From: Prochlorococcus marinus subsp. pastoris str. CCMP1986
Lineage (GTDB): Bacteria; Cyanobacteriota; Cyanobacteriia; PCC-6307; Cyanobiaceae
Reading direction: 5' to 3'
Length of the DNA stretch: 32,000 bases
Assembly: GCF_000011465.1 (NCBI RefSeq)
Contig: NC_005072.1
Location: 300,001 to 332,000, forward strand
A model generated the notes under the pieces. The model saw only the letters and a list, made by a program, of their open reading frames with translations. It did not search any database and had not been told where the DNA came from. A program made the translations under genes and the position numbers. This document shows positions 24,355 to 31,322 of the stretch, piece after piece (position 1 is the first letter of the stretch; every line of letters begins with the position of its first letter).

Positions 24355-24456
24355 TCATTTAACAGCAGTAGTTTTGGAGTATAGAAATTGAACCTCCCAA
24401 TATACTATTCCAAGAAAAATTGCACTTGCAAGAAGAATTTCAGAAATTGTAAGCAT
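24355..24456 (-). CDS. Single-TM micro-protein, 33 aa, hypothetical
   Basis: Hand translation gives MLTISEILLASAIFLGIVYWEVQFLYSKTTAVK. It has one hydrophobic helix and lies on the same strand as the poly-Q and HLIP-like ORFs. Confidence 0.3.
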   Translation of the reverse strand: MLTISEILLASAIFLGIVYWEVQFLYSKTTAVK

Positions 24457-24601
24457 GGCTTTATCGTTAGTATTTCAATTTTCGTATCAACTGACACAGA
24501 AATCAATAGGTACTATATACATAAAAATATTTATGTAAATCTTAAGTGGTTAAATTAGTTCTTTGAATATTATAAAATTAAAATAAATTTAAAATTCTTT
24601 C

Positions 24602-25036
24602 GTGGAAAATTCCATAAACATTTCTATCTTGATCCCCTTGATACCAATGGGTATGGCTTTACTCATATTAAGTCTGCTAGTAAGTTTCAATAGAACAATA
24701 AATAGACTTACTAAGCCAGTTAGCGCTCTCGCAGTCTTTTCTTTATTAAGTTCTGCTCTGATAAGTGCATTCTTATATTTTAAAAAAATTGAAGGCGAAA
24801 TATTTTTATCTGATTATCTAAAACTCTTTGGAAGTACAAATTTAATACTCCACCTAAATTCTTTAACTGAAAAAATCGTAATATTTTTTGCCGTAATAAT
24901 CGCAATTGTAATTGGAGTGCTCTTTTATAAATTGCCTAGGCGAAAAGGCTATGTCTCATTGATTATCGGAATTAGCTTGATTTCTTCCTCGATAATGTTT
25001 GCAGTATTTTTTCTTGATTTTTCATTCTTAATTTAG
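24602..25036 (+). CDS. Truncated NdhF/NuoL N-terminal-like membrane protein (GTG start), function unknown
   Basis: 144 aa. SILIPLIPMGMALLILSLLVSFNRTINRLTKPVSALAVFSLLSSALISAFLYF follows the pattern of the NdhF N-terminus (WLIPVLPL..A......L.SF....N.LR.P.A). It ends before the proton-antiporter core domain. Confidence 0.55.
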   Translation: MENSINISILIPLIPMGMALLILSLLVSFNRTINRLTKPVSALAVFSLLSSALISAFLYFKKIEGEIFLSDYLKLFGSTNLILHLNSLTEKIVIFFAVIIAIVIGVLFYKLPRRKGYVSLIIGISLISSSIMFAVFFLDFSFLI

Positions 25037-25542
25037 GATTGAGTTATCATCGCTAAGGCTTCATTAAGTTCTTCAACGTGATTTAGTTCGTCTTGCGCAA
25101 TTTCTTTTATCTTTTGATCTTCAGGGTGATCTTTTAGGTACTTTGTATAGGTATTAAATGCATGCTCTTCAATTTTGATATTTACGTCATAAGCATTTCT
25201 TGGAGAACAAAAATAATAAAAAACCATGATCCAGTAATAGACAAGTACAAGGTGCCTTGCTAAAAACCTGTCAATCCAAAACTTATCTCCTCCTCTTTTC
25301 TCCATTTCTTTTAGATGCTCCGTCTCATTAATGGCTTGGTAAAAATGTTCTTTCATCAAAAACATTGTGATGTCATTTTTTAATCCAAGTGATTCTTTGA
25401 AATGAAGAACAGAAAGAAAAGCAAAATAAGGAGACCTTGCAATAACTTCTAATACCCAAAATCTCTGCAAATGCCTATCTGAATAAACAAAATCAAGGAT
25501 CTTAACCGTATTGTTTAGAATAAATGAATTCAAATTTTTCAT
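25033..25542 (-). CDS. ptox: Plastoquinol terminal oxidase (PTOX, alternative-oxidase di-iron family)
   Basis: 169 aa with di-iron carboxylate motifs: LEVIAR, NETEHL, EEHAFNTY and DELNHVEE. Confidence 0.85.
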   Translation of the reverse strand: MKNLNSFILNNTVKILDFVYSDRHLQRFWVLEVIARSPYFAFLSVLHFKESLGLKNDITMFLMKEHFYQAINETEHLKEMEKRGGDKFWIDRFLARHLVLVYYWIMVFYYFCSPRNAYDVNIKIEEHAFNTYTKYLKDHPEDQKIKEIAQDELNHVEELNEALAMITQS

Positions 25543-25697
25543 AAAAACCTCGATCTCTATTAATAAGTATAATTACTTAAATACTAGGTGTTTAAACTTT
25601 TAACTAATAATTAATATTTTTAAAGTTTAAGCAAATCAAAATTAAGTATTGAAAAAAATTTTTTTTAATGCATATTTTAAATAGCTAAATTTTTTAA

Positions 25698-25838
25698 ATG
25701 ACTTCAACTGAAAGGATTGCTAATGCTAAAAAAAGAATTAATGAGTTAGAAAGACTAATTAAATATTGGGATAATTCAAATGAACAAAATATCAAGAAAA
25801 TTGATTTTGAAGTTAATAATGAAAAGATAGCTGCTTAA
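25698..25838 (+). CDS. Soluble helical micro-protein, 46 aa, hypothetical
   Basis: Hand translation gives MTSTERIANAKKRINELERLIKYWDNSNEQNIKKIDFEVNNEKIAA. Confidence 0.3.
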   Translation: MTSTERIANAKKRINELERLIKYWDNSNEQNIKKIDFEVNNEKIAA

Positions 25839-25996
25839 TTTATGAGCTTGAAATAAACTACGTTAGTTTTCCTATATATTTAGTACATTATTTACTTGTT
25901 TAATATTCATATCATTCATTTTGAGTGATTAGAGCATTTAAACCTATTTTCAAAATTCAAAATTACAAATAATCTATTTGAATATTAGATTATTTT

Positions 25997-26110
25997 ATGA
26001 ATACATTTACTAACAAATACTTGTTCCCAATAAAGTTACTCCCTTGGATTTTCTGGGGAATCATATCAGTTGTTAGTGTTTATTTATTCTCTAATGCATG
26101 GATAAGTTAG
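25997..26110 (+). CDS. Single-TM micro-protein, 37 aa, hypothetical
   Basis: Hand translation gives MNTFTNKYLFPIKLLPWIFWGIISVVSVYLFSNAWIS. It is preceded by a 9 bp inverted repeat. Confidence 0.3.
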   Translation: MNTFTNKYLFPIKLLPWIFWGIISVVSVYLFSNAWIS

Positions 26111-26125
26111 AGATTAAATGATTTT

Positions 26126-26434
26126 CTAGCTCCTTTTAATCCAGTCAGGTGAACCTCCAAACCAGTCAGAAATATCATCTTTATTTGGATTGAAGTGATT
26201 CTCTCTTTCTAATCCATCAATTCCTAGCGATTGAACTAGTCCATTAATACTATCTTCGCTTTGTCTTCCATGTCTTCTGATGCTATTTGCTTTTTTTAAC
26301 CAAAGAGATATTGTCGAGCTGTGTTTTGCATATTTTTCAACGTATATTCTTTCTTTTAACGAAACTTCTTTATCAAAGGATATTCTTCTAACTATTTCCT
26401 GGATTTTTAATCTTTTTTGAGTACTTAAAAGCAT
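26126..26434 (-). CDS. Hypothetical protein, 102 aa, basic
   Basis: An ORF with non-random, charged composition (…RRHGRQSEDSINGLVQSLGIDGLERENHFNPNKDDISDWFGGSPDWIKRS). No family recognised. Confidence 0.5.
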   Translation of the reverse strand: MLLSTQKRLKIQEIVRRISFDKEVSLKERIYVEKYAKHSSTISLWLKKANSIRRHGRQSEDSINGLVQSLGIDGLERENHFNPNKDDISDWFGGSPDWIKRS

Positions 26435-26726
26435 TAGATAATAAATAACTTAACTTTTTATAGGAGCTTTATGGCAAAATAACTTGTCAATATTAATTTC
26501 AAGAAATTTCTCTATCTAAAAGGGTTTTTAAGGGTATTGGTTATGAATTGCTTAAATTAAGGATTAATTTGTCTTTGATGATACTAAGAAATATATAAAA
26601 ATCTTATGAGATAATTAATAAAGATAAACAATTTTAATATTATTTTATCAAAATAAAGACTTACAGAATTAATTAGTTGCGCAACGGTATTTTTGTACTA
26701 TTATTAGTACAGATGTATTATTAGAA

Positions 26727-26924
26727 ATGAAAATTTTATCTTCTTCCCCCTACGCTACATTTAATCCAAAAGAGTGGAACTCACTTTCAAGAGCTAATTG
26801 TAGATTCTCTAGTACTCCAATAAAAATTAAAAAAAAGTTTTTTAGTAACTTTAAAAATGTAAAATCTACTAAAAACATACAAGAAAATAATAAGCTTCCA
26901 AAACAAATACAACTTGCCTTCTAG
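26727..26924 (+). CDS. Hypothetical 65 aa ORF (weak)
   Basis: Lys/Asn-rich and low-complexity. It may simply be AT-rich non-coding sequence. Confidence 0.2.
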   Translation: MKILSSSPYATFNPKEWNSLSRANCRFSSTPIKIKKKFFSNFKNVKSTKNIQENNKLPKQIQLAF

Positions 26925-27020
26925 TAATAAAAAATTTCAACTAATATTCAGTTTTACGAAAAATATTTTAAGAATCCCTATTCTTTGTTAGATTAATAGA
27001 AATACAAAAAGGTTTTAAAT

Positions 27021-27320
27021 TTGTCTGTAGATCGCGAACTTTTAAAAGAAGTTACTCAAGAACTTTGGAATACGGTTAAAAAGCTAAGGCCAGAAATAGA
27101 TAGGGAAACTCGCCTTCAGCTAGTTTTAAAAGCTTTATTAACTATTGGGGATTTACCAGATCAACTGCAAGCAGCAATGGTGGTAGGGGTTTGTGCCGAA
27201 ATGGATAAAAGCGATTTTGAAAATGCTGATGGTAATTCCAATACTAAAGAAGAGAGTAATTCCACTTCCGTTGATACTTCTACTGGAAGAAAAGTTTTTA
27301 GAAGAAGTTCTGCAAAATAA
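27021..27320 (+). CDS. Hypothetical protein, 99 aa (TTG start)
   Basis: A structured helical N-terminal half (ELLKEVTQELWNTVKKLRPEIDRETRLQLVLKALLTIGDLPDQLQAAMVVGVCAEM) and a disordered Ser/Thr-rich tail. No family recognised. Confidence 0.45.
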   Translation: MSVDRELLKEVTQELWNTVKKLRPEIDRETRLQLVLKALLTIGDLPDQLQAAMVVGVCAEMDKSDFENADGNSNTKEESNSTSVDTSTGRKVFRRSSAK

Positions 27321-27339
27321 AAGCTTCTTCTAAAAGAAA

Positions 27340-27573
27340 TTAGCCTTTAACTTTTTTTGATTCGTTTTTAGAGATTTTTAGAAATAGAAAATATGAAATT
27401 ACTAGTAAAAGTGGTACAAAGATAGAATGCAAAGTCATCATCAACTCTGTTTGACTCATCCCAATTAGATTTGAATCGTTTGGTAGCTGCTCTGACCAAG
27501 TACCAGCTAGGTGCCAAGCCTGGGGAATAGATAAGAAAAACATATAAAAACTATAAGTAAAAGTTATATTCAA
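27340..27573 (-). CDS. Small membrane protein, 77 aa, two predicted TM helices, hypothetical
   Basis: Same strand as, and 85 nt downstream of, the FAD oxidoreductase gene. It has hydrophobic N- and C-terminal segments. Confidence 0.45.
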   Translation of the reverse strand: MNITFTYSFYMFFLSIPQAWHLAGTWSEQLPNDSNLIGMSQTELMMTLHSIFVPLLLVISYFLFLKISKNESKKVKG

Positions 27574-27658
27574 ATAAAGAATATCATCCGTAAAAAAAAT
27601 TACTTTTTTTTCTTCTTATTTCTTAACTAAAGATATTTTTTCGACTTTGTCGAATGCT

Positions 27659-29191
27659 TTAAAGATCTATAGTTTTAAGAAGCTTTTTATATTCCTTCTT
27701 CCCCATGATTTTTTCAGCCGCATATGCTCCACTTGCTGAGACGGCAGGTATACCAATTCCGGGAAAAGTACTTGCTCCACAAGTAAGCAAATTTCTAACA
27801 GATGTTTTACATCCAGGGAATAGTCCTTGAGCAGCCGATAATGCTGGGCCGTAACTACCACAATAAGTATTGGTATACTTTTTATGCGTTAAAGGAGTGC
27901 CAAGCAATTTGATCTCAATTCTATTATCTATATCAGGTATTATTTTTCTCAAAGATTTGAGAAATATTGAACATCTTTCCTCTTTAAGTTCTTTGTATGC
28001 TAACTCATTAGATTTTAAATTCTTCCAAATTTCCCATGGTTCATTGGCAGGAGTATACCCATGCAGGACGTGTTTACCTTTTGGTGCCATACTCTTATCT
28101 AATACAGAAGGAATTGAGAAAACTGCTACATTTCTTTCTGCAGTAATTCCTCTCTCCCAGTTATCAACGTGTATTGCATGAATTGGTAAATTTTGTAGAC
28201 CAGAGGCATCAAAACCTAAATGAATATGAAGAAAAGAACCGCATTTATTAATATCTTTAGCCTTTGGGCTCCATTTTTTTTGGAATTCTTGTGGAATTAA
28301 TTTTCTGGAAGTCCAAGCATCAGTATTCATTACGACAAAGTTCGAAATAAAATTGGAACCATTTTCTAAAGTTACACCTGAGGCAATATTTTTACTAAAA
28401 TTTACAGCTTCTACTTTAGAAGAAAGAATTAGTTCACCGCCATTTTTTTTGAAAGAATCAACTAGCGCCTTTACTATACTTTCACTTCCTCCCTTTGGAT
28501 ATTCTAAATACGATGCAGGTTTAAACCATTCATCAAATAATGTAGCCATCGCAGCAGAATTTGTATCATGCATTGGCATCCCACTTATTAAAAAACTAAG
28601 CAAATCAACCCAGTTTCTAAGAAAAGGATCATTTAGGTGACTGTCGACAATATCACCAAAACCCCCGTTTAGCTTTGGTAATGATTTTATATTAGGCAAG
28701 AATTTAGATGCTAATTTTATAATCTCTAAAAAATTAATTGTTTCAGGTGAACTAGAGAGGAGCGGGATTTCGCTTACTATTTGACTAAGAGGTCTTATTC
28801 CTGATACGAATGAATCCCACTCTTTAACAGACTTTTCACCTCTTAATAATCTTATTCTTTCTTTAAATGGTTCTTGTCCTACTTCCAAATTGAATTCGCC
28901 TTCAGGAACATTGACATGCCATCCTTGATATTTAATAAGTTCAACCTTTTCGTCAAGTAATCTAAGTATTTGCCCTAAAGGATTGGTCGTAGGCCATTTT
29001 CCGATACCACTCCATAATGAAGGACCAGATTCAAACTTATAACCTCTCATATTAAAGCTATGCGCTACACCTCCTGGTTGAGAATGAGCTTCAGCTATTA
29101 GAACTTTTTTACCTGCTAGGGCTAATAAAGAACCGCAACATAAACCCCCAATTCCACTACCTATGATTATTACGTCGTATTTATTCATCAA
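27659..29191 (-). CDS. FAD-dependent oxidoreductase of the phytoene desaturase / carotenoid isomerase (CrtI/CRTISO) family
   Basis: 510 aa with the N-terminal Rossmann motif YDVIIIGSGIGGLCCGSLLALAGKKVLIAEAHSQPGG, and a C-terminal GASTFPGIGIPAVSASG typical of the CrtI family. Confidence 0.75.
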   Translation of the reverse strand: MMNKYDVIIIGSGIGGLCCGSLLALAGKKVLIAEAHSQPGGVAHSFNMRGYKFESGPSLWSGIGKWPTTNPLGQILRLLDEKVELIKYQGWHVNVPEGEFNLEVGQEPFKERIRLLRGEKSVKEWDSFVSGIRPLSQIVSEIPLLSSSPETINFLEIIKLASKFLPNIKSLPKLNGGFGDIVDSHLNDPFLRNWVDLLSFLISGMPMHDTNSAAMATLFDEWFKPASYLEYPKGGSESIVKALVDSFKKNGGELILSSKVEAVNFSKNIASGVTLENGSNFISNFVVMNTDAWTSRKLIPQEFQKKWSPKAKDINKCGSFLHIHLGFDASGLQNLPIHAIHVDNWERGITAERNVAVFSIPSVLDKSMAPKGKHVLHGYTPANEPWEIWKNLKSNELAYKELKEERCSIFLKSLRKIIPDIDNRIEIKLLGTPLTHKKYTNTYCGSYGPALSAAQGLFPGCKTSVRNLLTCGASTFPGIGIPAVSASGAYAAEKIMGKKEYKKLLKTIDL

Positions 29192-29221
29192 AAATTAAAC
29201 CCTAAGAATAAATCTTAAAGC

Positions 29222-29332
29222 TTAAACAAAAGTGATTGTTGTTGTTGTGATACTAAGAACAACAGCAAGGAAAAATATATAAGGAACAGCCTTAAGTGGA
29301 ATATGGCCTGGTCTTTTAGAAATGAAATCCAT
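29222..29332 (-). CDS. Single-TM micro-protein, 36 aa, hypothetical
   Basis: Hand translation gives MDFISKRPGHIPLKAVPYIFFLAVVLSITTTTITFV. It ends 30 nt upstream of the oxidoreductase start on the same strand. Confidence 0.35.
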   Translation of the reverse strand: MDFISKRPGHIPLKAVPYIFFLAVVLSITTTTITFV

Positions 29333-29485
29333 TTTTCAAATTAACTTATGTAAAGATAATAGTTGAAATTTGTTACGAATGTGTGTCTGTGCTCTACTTT
29401 CTTAGAAATATTTTGAAATAAAGAAGGAATTTTATTTTATTTTTTTTTAAAACCTTTTTATGATGAATAAAAAATAATATTTAAA

Positions 29486-29986
29486 ATGACTCTTGAAGCA
29501 AAAAAATTACCACAATACACAGAAATAAAAAATTTAGAGAGTATTTCTAAAAAAGATGGAAGTGGTATTGGATATGAAGATTTAATAGGAACTTGGAAAT
29601 TTAATTCCGTATGGAAGAAAGGCTCAAAAGAAATAGATAATATTTCTAGTCCCATTCTTCAAGTATTATCAGCAAAATTAGAATTAAAGAAAACTAATTC
29701 TCAAAATAATATAGTTGATTACCAGATAAAAAATTCAGTTCGCTTTGGGATATTATCGATTATTTTCTGTGGGCAAGCATCATTAAAAGGTACGAGGCCT
29801 CTATTGCCCTTTTTCTTCGAGAACTTAATAATAAATATTGGAAATTTTACCTTAGTTAATAAACATTTAAAAAAACCAGAAGAAAAGCAAATGCCTTTTT
29901 TCTCTCTAATAGCTATCAGTAAAGAAAAAAATTGGATGTGTGCTAGAGGAAGAGGAGGAGGACTCGCAATTTGGATTAAGTCTTGA
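29486..29986 (+). CDS. Hypothetical protein, 166 aa, possibly PAP/fibrillin-like
   Basis: The LIGTWKF... beta-rich pattern and the C-terminal ...WMCARGRGGGLAIWIKS resemble the C-terminal RG..GG.L.V. motif of fibrillin-family proteins. The assignment is tentative. Confidence 0.4.
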   Translation: MTLEAKKLPQYTEIKNLESISKKDGSGIGYEDLIGTWKFNSVWKKGSKEIDNISSPILQVLSAKLELKKTNSQNNIVDYQIKNSVRFGILSIIFCGQASLKGTRPLLPFFFENLIINIGNFTLVNKHLKKPEEKQMPFFSLIAISKEKNWMCARGRGGGLAIWIKS

Positions 29987-29990
29987 TCTT

Positions 29991-30206
29991 TTAGTGATAT
30001 TCACCAGGGTGATCAACTTTTCTGACGGTAACTTTATCCACTTTTTGGCCATTAAATCTTAAAAGGTCATCACCGGAGAAACTATATCCAAGTCTTTGAG
30101 CAATAAGTGCTACATCATCTGCAGTTGCAGAAGAAGTAACCTCTTTTCTTAAATTATCCTCTGACTGCATTTGTTTTAAAAATTTTCTAATTTCAGAGAA
30201 ACTCAT
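29991..30206 (-). CDS. Nif11-domain protein, 71 aa
   Basis: MSFSEIRKFLKQMQSEDNLRKEVTSSATADDVALIAQRLGYSFSGDDLLRF matches the Nif11 N-terminal domain pattern (helical; ...L...V.......D+V.+A...G+.F+..DL). Confidence 0.65.
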   Translation of the reverse strand: MSFSEIRKFLKQMQSEDNLRKEVTSSATADDVALIAQRLGYSFSGDDLLRFNGQKVDKVTVRKVDHPGEYH

Positions 30207-30262
30207 TTTAACTTTTATGCATAATTTTATATTAAAGCCTTAGAAAAAAATTAAATTCTTTT

Positions 30263-30625
30263 TTGCAAAGACCAATAAAACTAAATAAACACTATATTAA
30301 ATGTATGACTTACTTATTTTTATATGTAGTTGGGATGGTCTTGATATGGTGGATATATCGTGTCGGTTGGGTTGAGGCTTTGAAAACAGTAATTAAAGTT
30401 TTAGTTCCTTCAATTCTTATAATTTTATTTAATATCAAAGCAGGAAGATTACTTTTCAAAAATCCTTTAGTTGGATTATTCAGTGCTTTACCAACTTCAA
30501 TTTTTATTTATAGGGGTTCCCTTCCAGTCGTGGCATCTATTAATAACTGGATTGATACTAAAAGAAGCAAATATGAAGAATCCAAAGACGTAATTGATAC
30601 CGATTCAATTCCTCTAGATGATTAA
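30263..30625 (+). CDS. Membrane protein, about 106-120 aa, hypothetical
   Basis: Three predicted TM helices. The ORF-track start is a TTG at 30263, and the first ATG is at 30305 (MTYLFLYVVG...). Confidence 0.45.
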   Translation: MQRPIKLNKHYIKCMTYLFLYVVGMVLIWWIYRVGWVEALKTVIKVLVPSILIILFNIKAGRLLFKNPLVGLFSALPTSIFIYRGSLPVVASINNWIDTKRSKYEESKDVIDTDSIPLDD

Positions 30626-30634
30626 TATTTTAAG

Positions 30635-31042
30635 CTAGTCAAATCCCAGAAATAATTCTTTGTGTACTACAAGAACATCAAATAAAGATGTTCCATGGGA
30701 AGGACTTATTGGAATATTATCTACATTTAATGCCTCTGCACAAATTAGATGGCCATCCCATCTTGTATTATGTTCACTCATTCGGATTGACCAATCAATT
30801 ACTTTTTTAAAGTGCTCAGGCATCTCAGATCCAATTTTCCTGCATATTTGGCAAAGATTTGTAAGAAGGGGCGGTTTGGATGGCCTTTTTAAATCTTTAA
30901 CAAGACTTGGTTGTGTAAATACACTGGTGTATCTGATGTAGTCAATTAATTCATAATCTTCATCTGAAAGTTCTGCTTTATTCAATGCTATTTCAAATTC
31001 TTCTACAGGGGTAATTGGCCTTTTAATTATCTCATTTTTCAT
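30635..31042 (-). CDS. Hypothetical protein, 135 aa, Cys/His-containing
   Basis: I use the internal Met (complement of 31040-31042; MKNEIIKRPITPVEEF...). The longer ORF-track version would overlap tatA by 122 nt. It contains LCQICRK...EH...H...C. Confidence 0.5.
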   Translation of the reverse strand: MKNEIIKRPITPVEEFEIALNKAELSDEDYELIDYIRYTSVFTQPSLVKDLKRPSKPPLLTNLCQICRKIGSEMPEHFKKVIDWSIRMSEHNTRWDGHLICAEALNVDNIPISPSHGTSLFDVLVVHKELFLGFD

Positions 31043-31322
31043 TATTATCTGATTCTGATAAATCCTTTTCCTCTGATTCTTTAGTAACTTGATCGAGATC
31101 ATTGGTAAATTTTTTCTGAGGAGATTTTGGTAAATTTTCGCTCTCTGGCTCATTAATTACTTGATCTATCTCGTTTTGAAATTCATTCGATGCTTTTTTT
31201 AAGCTTTTTAATGTTTTGCCAAGTTGTTTTCCTAATTCTGGTAATTTCTTGGGACCAAAAATTAATAGAGCTAGAATTAAAATTACTGTTACTTCTGGTA
31301 AACCTACCCCAAAGATATTCAT
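31032..31322 (-). CDS. tatA: Sec-independent (twin-arginine) translocase protein TatA/E
   Basis: 96 aa. MNIFGVGLPEVTVILILALLIFGPKKLPELGKQLGKTLKSLKKA is the TatA TM helix plus amphipathic helix, with a long acidic tail. Confidence 0.9.
   Translation of the reverse strand: MNIFGVGLPEVTVILILALLIFGPKKLPELGKQLGKTLKSLKKASNEFQNEIDQVINEPESENLPKSPQKKFTNDLDQVTKESEEKDLSESDNNEK

Noticed and set aside
26694-26711. NtcA binding site (GTA-N8-TAC), or a cyanobacterial LexA box, at the TGTACTATTATTAGTACA palindrome.
   Set aside because: The spacing between GTA and TAC is 10 nt, not 8. The adjacent AGTACAGATGTAT fails the LexA RGTACNNNDGTWCB consensus at the final C. It is kept only as an unassigned palindrome.
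29236-29250. Second short trinucleotide run (ttgttgttgttg, encoding TTTT in the 36 aa ORF) as a microsatellite related to the one at 24165.
   Set aside because: It has only 4 units and lies within a hydrophobic/threonine-rich segment. That is too short to distinguish from chance, and there is no flanking similarity to the poly-Q locus.
29991-30206. Nif11-domain ORF as a prochlorosin-like lanthipeptide precursor.
   Set aside because: There is no Cys in the C-terminal region and no double-glycine cleavage motif. No LanM, dehydratase, cyclase or peptidase-ABC transporter gene is in the window.
31043-31153. Long version (172 aa) of the ORF downstream of tatA.
   Set aside because: It would overlap tatA by 122 nt in another frame, and its N-terminal part is low-complexity (KIYQNLLRKN...). 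The internal Met, giving an 11 nt overlap, is more plausible.
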